From: Iphione sp. A-MEVVRFRX5
Taxonomy: Eukaryota
Direction of reading: 5' to 3'
Assembly (NCBI GenBank): GCA_976226885.1
Contig: OZ320319.1
Span: 67,270,001-67,334,000, forward strand
DNA: 64,000 nucleotides
A program made the translations under genes and the position numbers. The notes under the pieces were generated by a model that was not told the origin of the DNA, did not search any database, and worked only from the letters and a program-made list of their open reading frames with translations. Shown here in pieces: positions 12,900-24,640 of this stretch (within the stretch, counting starts at the first letter, position 1; each line of letters starts with the position of its first letter).

Positions 12900-13600
12900 T
12901 TTCCAAAGATTATATTTCCCCACTATTTCGGAGTCATCAGCACATAATTTGTCACTCCTGTCTTTATGTCATCTTTTCAGAAAACCATCTGCATGATCTA
13001 GCCTATATTGAGAATAAATGATACTTTTATTGATATATGTTAACATATTCATGATAATGAAAGTTCTATGGAATTTCAACATCTGTAGTGCGTTGGTGGT
13101 CATCAGTGTTGGAACATTAACATATTGAACCGTTCCTGTGATGGATTACGTTGCCACAGTAGGCTTGTTAATGGTCCATCAACTGCCACATGACTTCGTT
13201 GCAGACAGAGCCGGATAACATCTGAATCCGTAATGTTTAGTGATTGTATCACATGCATTTACTCATCACTGTTGACTCCACGTATCCTCAGTTACTGTTC
13301 ACATGGAATGTGTATTTTGCATGGGAACATGAGACACCATATACAGTACAGGATATTAAAGGTGTCTGTCGGTTTGTGATAAATTTTGGTTTTCATGTTG
13401 ACTCCCTCCACTTTTATGAATGTGGTGTGTTAGGAGTCGACCTTCTCACTACAGTATTCTGCTAAGAACTCGAATTTAGCATCCCATCCATTTAGATGTT
13501 CGATAAACATACCTAATTCCTTTAGCAGCGAGGAATTATCATGAATATGTTGTTTATGAGTCTCTATTATATCAAAGTAGTTTTTTATGGGTGTAGACTT
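12900..13600 (-). mobile_element. Penelope-like retroelement remnant (RT C-terminal region)
   Basis: Manual minus-strand translation gives INNIFMI (degenerate YIDDIF), FIEHLN..KF, KTKIYHKPTDT (13361-13382) and IP..Q*LRIR. These match the Penelope RT thumb/linker pattern. Several stops and frameshifts. Confidence 0.72.
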
Positions 13601-13664
13601 TCATTTGCTCAAGGTTCATCATGAACAGACATTTATACATGGGTGCAATACAGTAGAAACTTAT

Positions 13665-13965
13665 TAAGGGCCTTTTCACATGCATCCTGATCAAAAATCC
13701 GGCCCCATGTCCAGACACAGAGAAACACTCTGCTGTGTCCGCACATCAATTGCCAACATATGCTCACTAGATTTATTTTACTATTGGCTCCTATGAAATC
13801 CGTGTCTGTGTCCAGACCAAACCCATCCCAGACAGTTTAAGATACACACCCGCATCTGGACATGGATAATTCAGGATGTTTGTGAATGACTAAACAGTCC
13901 ACCCTTGTTTGGGGAAATATGTAGACGTAGAATGGAAATATCCGGTTATATGTGAACACTGTCTT
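13665..13965. mobile_element. ~300-bp PIF/Harbinger-like MITE, copy 2
   Basis: Left end TAAGGGCCTTTTCACATGCATCCTGAT, right end rc AAGACAGTGTTCACATATAACCGGAT. Shares the core ATTGGCTCCTATG.AATC..AAACCCATCCCAGA..GGACATGGA with copy 1. Confidence 0.7.
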
Positions 13966-14349
13966 GGAAACGAAACTTTGGACTGGACAATTTTGGTCTA
14001 TCACCTGAGTTGGTCTACCCAGTGGGGCGTCTTTAAGTATATATGCTCCCATGCCTGTCTCAAAAGCCTGCAATTAATGTTCCTTACTGAACCTGGAGTT
14101 GTTCGTCGCTAGTATCATTTGTAAAGTTGTCTTAGAGAGGTGTTTAAGGTTCACATGGGAACTATTGATGTACATGTATATGGGAAGTATTGATTCTAAT
14201 AGCAGCCAACAGAGCAACCTACTGGTGAGCTAATGACGTCGCTTCAGCACTACACTTTCAGCCCTTTCTTACATATTGCTTATACCAATGGTTAATCAAT
14301 ATGCTATTAGGAAATACCAATATAGATTCTCTTACACTGCTGTTCTATA

Positions 14350-15000
14350 GTTTAGTAACTACCTAAAGACAGACTACAGTATTGATACTTGATATGCCTC
14401 AGGCTCCCTTCTTGGGACCATTACTTTTTTCGATGTTCATTATTGATCTGCTATTTTGCCTATATGAGAGTCACTTTCTTTGCGGATGATACCATGATTT
14501 CTGTTAACTCTACATATATCAATATTTTAAATAAAAAATAACCGATACCATATGTTATAACATCTTCAAATGGTGTCAAAGTAATAGACTGTAGTGCTAA
14601 ATGTGCTATAAAAAACAAACGTTCTTCCATTTCATTATGCTGTGTAAACTTCTATAAGCTGGCACAAGTCTGGATATATATAGAGAGTGATTGACTTGAT
14701 ATAGGATCATCATAATCTATCTTGGTATTATTGACACTAGACTAAACTTTAAGAACTTTGAAAAAAAATCTGAAAATTCCACACTAGAATGCATATAAGA
14801 TGAATAAAATTGAAAACTATCTTAGAATTGACGATCTTACGCATTTTAAGGCTATTATCAGGCTACATATCCATGCTTTCCTTGTAATGCAAAAAACAAT
14901 AGAAAAACAGACAAATTACATTGTTTGCTGGGAATAGAGACCTAAAGAATACAATGGTGTATTGTATAAGTCTGGACCAGTATTCATTGTGAAGATGTGG
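14350..15000 (+). mobile_element. Decayed CR1/L2-type LINE RT fragment
   Basis: YLKDRLQY (14359-), PQ..LGPLLF.MFI.DL (~14397-14450), FADDT (~14479-14493) and LGII..TRLNF (~14722), with many frameshifts. Confidence 0.75.
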
Positions 15001-15740
15001 ACAAAACAATTATTGAAAACATTGTCCCAAGAAATGAGAAATCAGCATCAGTTGGGTTTCCAGGAGCACTGATACATTTTAATAGGTCTTATTACAGATG
15101 CTTTACGCTCAACCTTAGAGGAGCACTCGCATTGTCATGTTGCAAGTCTCCTCTATAGTAAATCAGCATTGAACAAAAAATACACCTAAATCGGGCATTA
15201 ATCGGTGATGTAAGGTCTGGTGTGATTGTTGCACTTGTAACAGGGACCTTTCCCTTGGGGGTGATGTTCTAAACGTTATCTAGTAATATTTTATATACTG
15301 TGCGTGAGTCATGCTTCTTACTATGGCTGTAATACCAACTTTGCATTTTGTAAATAAAACATCTATTTTTCTTTTGATATTAAGATAATCTATTACTGTA
15401 CGCGTAAGGAGAGTTTATCCAAAGGGAATCTAAATTTTGATGCAAATGAACAATTGGTACCAGCTCATCTATGCATGTCAAAACTGACTTGTATGAATAC
15501 ATTTCATCAAAAAACAATGCAGACCCATTTGTGCCTAAATAATTTGTCAGTATGAGACATGAGGCTCATGACGTCACTACTCAATTATACCATCTTCAAA
15601 CCTATGTACACTCACGAGGATTACATATCAGCTGCCAATGATACAAAGGTTTCAATCCCTCTCATCAATTACAACAGTATGACAGCTACATCTCTCTCTC
15701 CAGCCTACTTACAGTATCGAGCACAAACATAATCTATCCT

Positions 15741-16130
15741 TTCATAGTGTCATAGTTTCATAGTTTTTATTGAGCCACAATGTTATCACCCATATTAGGT
15801 GCTTATTCTAACACAGTTCTAGAAACACTTAAGCACTAATCCAGTCAATTTATTTCTGATTACTAGGAGAAAATCAATCTGCGAATAGCTGTTTTTACAC
15901 AGGCAGGCTCAGATCCTTCGTGTGTTTGGGTAGTCATTCCACATCTTCCCTCCATTATATTTGAAGCTGCGCTTGAAAAGTTGTGAAGTTGGTTTTTGAT
16001 AGAGCAACACGAGGAACAGCACTTGCCCTCATTGCCCTTTATGTATGTCTGTAGAGGTGTAATTTTGCAGATAAAGTGGAGTATTTAAAGACAATTGAGA
16101 GACCTCTATATTTTCAAAAAGAAGAATTCA
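15741..16130 (-). mobile_element. 3' end of a CR1-type LINE with an (AAACTATG)n-like tail
   Basis: Minus strand FKRSFKYNGGKMWNDYP (15977-15927), then GGGTGATAAC..GCTCAATAAAAACTATGAAACTATGACACTATGAA (tail 15741-15772). Confidence 0.75.
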
Positions 16131-16674
16131 ATATAATAATATTTCCGTTCTGTGTTACAATTTTTCCCTTTCATAATGGTGCGATAGAATATTGATGATA
16201 ATTGAAATCAACATTTATACACACTCTGTCATAGTGATATATTTAGTAAAGAATTGATAGCAGCTACATGAATATAGAAGTCAGAGTTACAACTAAGTTG
16301 GATTTTAGACCATCTTCGACTTCTTTCACTAAAAGTATGTCATTCCCCATTTCATTATTTGTCATGTATCATTCGTTGCTACCATACAGGTCTATTTTCG
16401 CATTGACCTCACGTTATCTGTTGATCACATTCTATTAATGTATACATGAACGATGTTCGTTGTCATTCAGTGGTGGTGGTAATACTAGGCATTGCTGTCT
16501 GTATTGTATATATTGTTTTGCATTCAGCGTAGCTATCATTCACATATGATCGAGTCCTAATTATTTACATAATATTTGGGGTAAAGTATGCATCTTTAGG
16601 CTGAGCAACACTTAAAGTGACATAGCCCACTGAGGATACGTTTCAATCCCTCTTATTTTTACCGTTAATCGCGG

Positions 16675-17310
16675 TAAAGTGCTATCCCCATAAACACGAA
16701 TTATCCGCACGCACAAAGTGGCGTGGTGCAGATTTCCCAGACCATCCCGCAACAAGTGGCGGGGTCTATCCCCATGTGTGCGAAATCTACGCATTGTCTT
16801 CCTGATGTGTGTGTGTGCATGTGTGTGTGTATGTGTACACATCTCATTGAATTCCTGTCAAATTTGTGTAAGTAATGTGTTTTTTGTGCAGATCTCACAG
16901 AATTCCTGTCAAATTTGTGTAAAAATGTGGTTTTTGTGCAGATCTCATTGAATTCCTGTCAAATTTGTGTAAAAAATGTGTTTTTTTCTGCAGATCTCGC
17001 TGAATTCCTGTCAAATTTGTGTAAATGATGTGTTTTTTGTGCAAATCTCATTGAATTCCTGTGTGTCCTGCAGTAGGTAGTACAGTACAGTAACCTTTGT
17101 GCAGAGTTCTATTGTATTTCCAGCACGCACAGAGTGGCGTGGTGCGGGATTCCCGGACGAACATTGATCACCCCGCACACAGCAGGTGGCGGGTCCGGGT
17201 TGTCTGCGCACATGGGTATTGTTCTATATTGACAGCCTGGGCCATATTTCCCGCTCTTCACGCACCAGGTGGCGGGTGCGGAAGGTTCGCGTCTATGGGG
17301 ATAGCGCTTA
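16675..17310. mobile_element. ~630-bp MITE with ~35-bp TIRs (PIF/Harbinger-like TAA/TTA ends)
   Basis: Left TAAAGTGCTATCCCCATAAACACGAATTATCCGCAC versus rc of right TAAGCGCTATCCCCATAGACGCGAACCTTCCGCAC. Internal direct repeat GTGGCGTGGTGC..GTGGCGGG at 16718 and 17134. Confidence 0.75.
16841..17063. repeat. ~50-bp minisatellite, about 4.4 copies, inside the MITE
   Basis: Unit ATCTCA.TGAATTCCTGTCAAATTTGTGTAAA..ATGTGTTTTTTGTGCAG repeated head to tail. Confidence 0.92.
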
Positions 17311-17726
17311 AAAGTGATGTAAATTGATCGCACAGAGAGGCGAAACTTTACAGGGCTACAGAATCCGTCACAATGGTCATAGAAGGTCATGCTATAGCTC
17401 ATTTTCTTCCTTAGAACATTAGCCTTCATTTAAGCTATATTTCAGAAGTTGGTCTTATAAGCCTTGGTCTACACTAAATATCGGAACATGGTAAATAACA
17501 CTGAGTTGGTCCCTGGATTAAGTCTGCCGACACTTATCCCTTTAGAGGGACTAGCCATTCCCCTGACTAGTCCAGGGAAGAGCTAGTTACTGGACTAACT
17601 TTTCCAAGGATCTAAAAGCGGACCATCTGTGTCTATGTCTTTGTCTAACAGCAACCCCCACTGAAATGCTAAGTTTTGAAGAAAAGATATTCTATCGTAC
17701 CCCTGGTATTTCCTAGTGCATCTCCT

Positions 17727-17805
17727 CTTTTCTAGAGCGTTGTGGTTTGGTTAGGTAACGCAATATTTTCTAGAGCGTTGTGGTTTGGTTAGGTAACGCA
17801 ATATT
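17727..17805. repeat. Perfect 38-bp tandem duplication
   Basis: TTTTCTAGAGCGTTGTGGTTTGGTTAGGTAACGCAATA occurs twice in tandem. Confidence 0.92.
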
Positions 17806-18294
17806 GTATAAACATTCAAATTGTGATTAACACAGCTGTTAGCTACAATATAGGAGGACTGTAAAACAGTTTGAATAAAGGTGATGATGCGTCATTAGAG
17901 ACAATGCTCTCAAAATGGGTAATATTGTATAACATTTGAACCAATAAGTGTAGCCACTTGATAAAAGTAACGTTATGTTAATGTGAGATAATGTTATGCA
18001 ACATTATTAATATAATACTTTAGTGCAAGTGGTTTTGGTATAACATTATCTTATATATAGTGTACAGATAGAAATGCTACAGATAAAGCATACTGCGAAG
18101 TAAACATCCCAGACGAAAAATTTGTTTGTCTGGCAGGAACTTGCATTTTCTTATGCAATTCTCCTTATCAGTGTTGAATGTAACTAGACTAAGAACAGCA
18201 TTGAAGCCATTATATTTCGTGTTGAGTCACCATGTAAACAAAGAAGATCTTATCAGTGATACCTTACGAGACCCTGAATGCTAGGTGCTAGTGA

Positions 18295-18532
18295 TGTCAT
18301 GACATTTGAGTCGTTATGACCCATTGTATTCGTGACATGTGATAGATGTTTATATCAAGTTGATGCACACAGAATGTTATGCCGCTGAGTATAAAAGTAC
18401 TTTGAACCGACGCTCTTGTCGGACTCGCCTTCCTGTTTCTGTTGAGAGGCTGACTTGCTGTACTAGTTGCTGAAGAAGAATAAAGGCTGATATCAAACCT
18501 GACTTGTGGTGTTGGCTTTGTGCTACAGGACA
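18295..18532 (+). mobile_element. Possible solo LTR
   Basis: TGTCA...GGACA ends, TATAAAAG at ~18391 and AATAAA at ~18479. No clean TSD found. Confidence 0.45.
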
Positions 18533-18619
18533 TAGTAGATGTCAAGTTGTTGAAACAGAGCCATAATTGTAGAAACACTCACACACACTCAGCCCCATAG
18601 ACTCCAGACTCATAATCAC

Positions 18620-18790
18620 AAGCAGGGAGGTGGACAGGTGGCCCAAGTGCACTGCCATCACAGGCCTTTTCCTTCCTATCAGCTGGGTATCCAGCAGGGA
18701 GGCGGACAGGTGGCTTGAGCAGGCTCCTGTCATCGGCTCCCTCTTTCCTAATGGCCCATTTTCCAGCAGGGAGGTGGGTGGATGTAAGGG
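18620..18790. repeat. ~70-bp degenerate tandem repeat, about 2.5-3 copies
   Basis: CAGCAGGGAGG(T/C)GGACAGGTGG motif at ~18620, ~18693 and ~18764. Confidence 0.6.
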
Positions 18791-18959
18791 GTATTCTCCC
18801 ATCGCCAGCCCTCTGCCTCCTTGTAGCCTGGCATCTGGCAGGCTGTATCACTAGCAGTCTTAACTTTCTTTGCACTGAACCCTTCCCTCCTCGTGGCTCA
18901 GTGCCCAGCCTTATATGATAAATCACCACTGGTGGCCCATACATCAAACAGTCTCCTAT

Positions 18960-19560
18960 TTACTGTGCAGGTTTTCCCAGCTTTGCCTATAGTGGAGGTC
19001 CGAAACTTATACACATACACACTATAGAACTCCACTGATCATAGCATTCAGGCAGTATTAGACTATCTTAGAATGTTGGGGTTAGCTTAGTAATGTTTTT
19101 AGTTTCATTGTAGTCTGGTTGTATTAGACAATAAACATGGGGAATTTTGTGAACGTGATTCAATAATAAGTCAAAATAGCACTGTGGCTAAAGTGCCCAA
19201 CTGTCATAATTAAAACTAATTACTTTTGGTGTCTGACAAGATCACACGGTCGAAACCATATAAATATGTCCTTTCCCTTGTGTGGAGACAAAAAAATAGT
19301 CAATCTTAAACAAATGCCAATATGTTTTCACTGACATCACAATGGACATGGAAGTGTTACCTGAACAACATATATTGACATCCCTCCTCTCCCTGACAAC
19401 TGGGTTCTATATCCCAACTGTCTCTCACATCAGAGACACACTTGACACGGTTGCACCACGTCGTACGATCTAGCCACGCCTATATCAAATCCTAAAGTGG
19501 GAAGCCTGATCTTTTTCAAAGTAAACGTTTCTGTCGGTTTCAGGAAGCCTTTTGCCAGTG
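18960..19560 (-). mobile_element. Highly decayed LINE apurinic endonuclease remnant
   Basis: Minus-strand fragments in the expected order: FDIGVARS (approx. DILGISE), GRGGMSIYV (approx. GGGVAIYV), IFIWFRP (approx. IYRPP), IMTVGHFS (approx. IIVGDFN). Confidence 0.4.
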
Positions 19561-19909
19561 TTTCACTACAGCGTTCTATAAACATTTAAAACATTTCTCC
19601 TTCTAACATTTTATACCTGTTAATACTTTATACATGTTGACCTAATTTTACTCATTACATGATTGTGCAGAAAAGTGATTTTCAAGTGAATAAAAGTATG
19701 ACTGGTGTATCTACACCTCGCATTCACACCTATGAGAACTAAGTCCAAATGTGGTATATGAGCGGCAACTGCTCCTGTGCCAAAAGTAGTGATTGCCTAT
19801 CGAGAGGGACAGCATAATAGAGAAAAAAGCTTTTGCGAATGATGATAGGAGGACATGAAAGGAGATAGCCACGTGGCTGAATGTTCAGTTCTTGGTCGTC
19901 TAGGCACTT

Positions 19910-20169
19910 ACCAGTGTCAATAGATTTTCCACTTGCTTCCTTCGTTCCCATGGAATGAGGTTACGCCCATCGTGGGCCCTTGGTAAGGTGCAATGATTCT
20001 TTTTGGCAATTGGTGACGGATTGATTATATAAAAGTGCGACATTCTCGGCAATATCGCTCCGTGTCCGACAAATGCAGCAGTGATAAAAAGAATGAGGAC
20101 CAGCGCTCCAAGAATGACACGTTGATTAGCACGTAAAAAGTGGAGGGGAACTTGTTTCGATGATGCCAT
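19910..20169 (-). CDS. First coding exon of a putative type II membrane protein (family undetermined)
   Basis: Acceptor CTTTAG just before GAGATGG (good Kozak context). Short basic N-terminus, hydrophobic helix VILGALVLILFITAAFVG, a stem region, then a strong donor CTG|GTAAGT at ~19909. A candidate next exon begins at 19796 after a pyrimidine tract + AG. Later exons were not identified. Confidence 0.5.
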
Positions 20170-22149
20170 CTCTTGATCTAAAGCGAAGCGGAAAAAGCTT
20201 ATTTAAACTTTATTCTCCAGTATCTAATATTCCCACTTCGGAAAGGTCAGCCATGGATAGATTAATCGAATATTTTGTTTTTGTTATTCTGGGAATTCAT
20301 TTTGGAGAGGGGGGACTTAGCACTAGCAACATGCTTTTCTTCGATTAGCATTAGTTTTTGACTATGTTGACAAATATTTGGTATACATATCAGGTTTTCA
20401 CTGAATATAGTTCGTAAACTCTTGCCACGTTTACTCAAATCATATTGAAACAAACTACACTGCTTTTGTGCATTTTCGCCTCGAGTATATGTTCAACCAT
20501 CCAAGGACATATTGTACAATACAACTGAGAAAGGATATGGCATGGCATGAACACTATGAACCGATGATCCATGATCAGTACATGGGCATACTGTGACCTG
20601 TATATATTCTTTCCCACAGATTAATTAAAATAAGCTCATTGGTCATCGTCCAAAGTGCTGTGCCAGTTCGTAAATACAGACCAACTTCATAGTGTCGTGT
20701 ACACACCGGTAAATGGCACGCACAACGGGGATTCGGGTGCATAGTCTTGGCTGAAACATGCTAGAATGAGCCTGTACGCACACATGTATGTATACATATA
20801 TATGTGCTCACTCCCATTTGTCCTTCCAACCGACACTCCGTCTCTTTCTGTCTCATTAAGCTTTCCTTTTCTGCTTTGTTAACTTTTATCTCCCATTTAC
20901 ATAATGATGTCAGTACTTACATTTTCCTGTATTTTATGATGCTTTATCTTCTGCAGGAGTTGTCGTCGGGATTTTAGGCCGCAAATAGTAAATCCTCGGA
21001 TACTTTGCACGATAGCCCTGCTCCCCATTCGAAAGAAAACGTGTATGTGACGAAATCTCATTCGTTATTTCATTGTGATACAGGTTTTACCTTCTCGATC
21101 AGTTGAATCAAGAGTTGTCTCTCTGTCACCTATGACACCAAGCACTGCATGAAGCAAAGTGGACAGCTATGTACAGTCTCCTCCGTTGGTTTTCAGATAC
21201 ATGTATGTGGGTGCCTCTATATCGAGGCCACCAGGCAGTGAGGACCATGCGGGCCAAGCGAGCAGCATCAAGTAGCCCTGAACCAGCACTGAGTACGACC
21301 ACCCGTAGGTATGTGTTTATAATTGCGGGTCAGTGGGCGGGGAAATGGTCTTGTGGGTTTAAGCATTACCTCCCGATTTCTGTCTGTAGCTCCATTTTGG
21401 CTTTGTGACTTCCGTTTTCTGACAACGGACGGAATATACAGTTACATGTAAAGTTCAACGACGCGTAGGTTGCATGCGATTCTTTGAAGTGTACGGAGAA
21501 AGGCAGAAGGTGGCTTGACCATCGAACACGTATCTCAGTGCAGAGCTTCACGACACAGAAGCCCTACCAATCCTGTTGATCATTGGAAGTAGTAAAAGGT
21601 AGATTCAAGTAGAATGTTTTACCATGCAAAGTAATCCATACCGACTTGGCCATTCCCGAATCACTGAGACATACAGGGGAGCATGTCCAAACTTGATCTA
21701 GGGCATGTTTTTTTATTTGTTTACGGTTTGCAGGGATAAAGTAGTATACATACTTACTTCTTTAGATAGCAGTCAAGCTTCAAATGCAGGCTACATTCCA
21801 AAGTGAATAATCCTAGACGTTTTGAGAATTGTAGTTTTATATCTATAATCCTGAACAAAATGGCAGATAAGTTATAAGCGGCTGTGCTTGGAGTGATATG
21901 GCTTTGGCAGTATATTGTGCTGTGGTACATGTTTCATGACATCCACATGCTAATGCCTTTTGGATCCTCTCAAGTCTGTAGTATATATGTATACATGTAA
22001 GTATCTTTGCATGCCTTGATGAGTTTGGTGACCTATATGTGAAGAGTCTGTGTAGCATCAGACAAACTAGAGAATCAAAACATGTAGGCATAATTACCAT
22101 AAACCACACCTTGACCTTGCTGAATACACTGTTCACTTAAGCAATTCAT

Positions 22150-23218
22150 TATGTTAACAACCAACAATGGTAAAATCGGACATTTTTGTCTGATGGAACT
22201 TTGTGATCATGTATAATAATTAATTTTAAAGATATTCTGTCCAATTTTTCCAGATAAGCCCAGAATATGGTATTCTTCTGAGGTGTGATAACAAATTACA
22301 CTATGTTAAGAGGACAGCCTGTGAAATTGATCACATGACTTTCCTCATTTGCATAAATTAGCATTAGCAGCTTTTCTTTAGCACTACACAAATTTCTTAT
22401 GATGAAATCAAGCCATTGTATTGTTGAAATAAAATGAAGATTTGCAATCTATTTAGAAATCATCCTATAGAATTTGAGTTGATGTTTGATTTTAAGCAAC
22501 TTTGTCAGACACTGCACTCTTTTTTATTGAATTAGATAGAATACCAGTTACATTTCCAGAAGCAATGGGCATATATATAATGAGAGGTGTTACATAGTGC
22601 CTTGCAATAGGAACACACATTATATCTCTCCAATCTCTTGGAAAGATGTTTAATATTCTTACAAAAATTACTTAGCAAGAGTTAAACTGATTAATAAGAA
22701 TTGAGATCTATCTAAGATGATTGCTAAATTATTTAATTTGTTACCATGGCAACATCCCAAAACTGCTGATTCAATTTCAGTGATGCAGCTGATGCACATG
22801 ATTGTCCATTTTTTTGGTAATGGATGCAAAATGGCCAGTCATGATACAATATAATTATTTTATGGACAATAACAAATAAGGTATCAAAAGATTGCAAATC
22901 ACTTACTGAACATTTGCTCAATAGTAAGCTTTTCTCTAGAAGCAATATTTATAACTCTTTCTTGACATATAATGTAAATAAGTGGAAATTTCTCATTTTT
23001 TTCTGAAAAAATTGCCTATTCTCAGGGTTATCCTGTCACTATGGTAACTAAATTATAGGAACAAAATTAATGCTCAATCAAAGTACAATTCCCAAGGTTT
23101 ACAATGATGTATGATATGATATCAATTCTATCTGCATACTCTTGTTAGGAACACAGGTAATCTTTTACCTCCATTCCCAGAGGCTAAAACATGATTTTTC
23201 CTGTCGTTAAAGGGTTAA
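22150..23218. mobile_element. Possible piggyBac-like non-autonomous element; only the right end is clear
   Basis: Right end GTCGTTAAAGGG|TTAA at 23203-23218. Internal motifs (GATCACATGAC, CCATGGCAAC/CTATGGTAAC) are shared with the element at 42301-43414. The left boundary is uncertain. Confidence 0.35.
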
Positions 23219-23372
23219 AGCCTGGCTAATTATGCACACAACCATCCAGGCATATCGTAAGTAGCCAATGAAGGTGAAGTATCCCTCTAACCAATTTTAT
23301 TATTCAATTAAAGTAGCAACGGTTATGCATTTCCAGTGTACACCACTGCAGTCCTTACTGTAACGTCCAACA

Positions 23373-24640
23373 ATGGACTTCTTGGATATTCCCAATTTTG
23401 AAATAGAACTGGATCTATGTACCCAGGCAGATGAAATGGAGAGAGATTATCTCTCCCAAACTCAAAATTCAAGCCAAAAGGAAGATTTGCGCCAGTTCAA
23501 TCCGAACATGAATTTAAGGCCATATTGCCTCACGCATTCCCAGGAATACCCAACAGTCGTCCAACTGGGCACATAATATATATCGAGAGTGGCACACCTG
23601 GAGAAATGGGCATAGTAAATCCCATTTGGAGAAGAACTGGCCTGTCCCTGCTCTGACGACTGACAAAGTGGATCTGCTGGACTATTGGCTTGCATGTTTT
23701 GTGACTGAAATCCGAAAAAAAGATCATAAAGATTACCCCCAGGAACGTTTATTTTCATATTCTACTACATTGTGGGTAGGGGGGACAACAAACTAATTTC
23801 TAATTTGGTGATTTTTGACATATTTTACAGGCACTCTCACCAACATAGCTGCATCCATTCAGAGGTAAATGTGGGACATTCTTGGGAGAGCAGATATATG
23901 GCTCCTCAAAAAAGATGATATGCATTTCAAGCTATTTCGGGATGCTTTTGATGCTCATCACAAAGTCTTGATAGCACAGGGCATTGGATCACAACACACC
24001 AGAGCTGATCCTATATCCATCGAGGAGGGGGCAGAACTATGGGAGAGTGGAGTTATTGGTTTCCACTCTGCACAATCTCTCTTCTATGGATGTTACTACT
24101 ATAACTGCAAAATCTTTGGATTTCGTGCTTGTGATGAACATGTTAATTTCATGGTTGAGCAATTTTCATTTGGAACAGAGAGAGACGGTTCACAATACTT
24201 ACAGTTAAGGGGCGTTCGGCCAAAACAATCACTGTGAAATTCAACTCTTAATGTCATCCAAGGATTGTAAAGCACTATGGCCAGCCAGAAAACAAGCGTT
24301 GTTTTCTCAAGTTATTTTGCAAGTATCTCGAATGTGTCACTCCTGCAGGCCGCTTCTATTGACGCCCTCTAGCCAATGTCAATGGGCAGATCATTTTTAG
24401 CATTCATCATGTGGGCATCAACAAGCTATCTCAATACATGGCCAATATGTTCCAGACAGCTGGTATTGATATGCAGGGAAAAAATATTAGTGGTCACTCT
24501 GGAAAGGTGACATGCTGCACGACCCTATACGATCAACAGTTTGATGAATAAGCGATCACCTATTGCAGCGGTCACCACTCCAATGCAGTTCGTCTCTGCA
24601 AGAGGCCTTCATTGGATTTGGAAAAACGTATTAGTGATTC
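23373..24640 (+). mobile_element. Crypton-type DNA transposon (DUF3504/ZMYM-like tyrosine recombinase), pseudogenised, with one intron
   Basis: LDYWLACFVTEIRKKD.KDYP (23677-23739), then an intron ending TTTTACAG at 23830, then TLTNIAASIQR*, GFRACDEH, KRCFLKLFCKYL..FY*RPL and GHSGKVTCCTTLY..FDE*AI..SGHHSNAVRLCKR (24490-24604). Several stops and frameshifts. Confidence 0.85.

Noticed and set aside
12928-12948. CTGATGA-CTCC-GAAA on the minus strand as a hammerhead ribozyme in the Penelope remnant
   Set aside because: Stem II is too short to form and no flanking stems I/III are evident.
16841-17063. 50-bp repeats as CRISPR-like repeats
   Set aside because: The whole unit is repeated with no spacers, and it lies inside a MITE.
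19360-19603. AG/GT-flanked segment as a further exon of the orphan membrane-protein gene
   Set aside because: It contains an in-frame stop, and its peptide fragments fit a decayed LINE endonuclease better.
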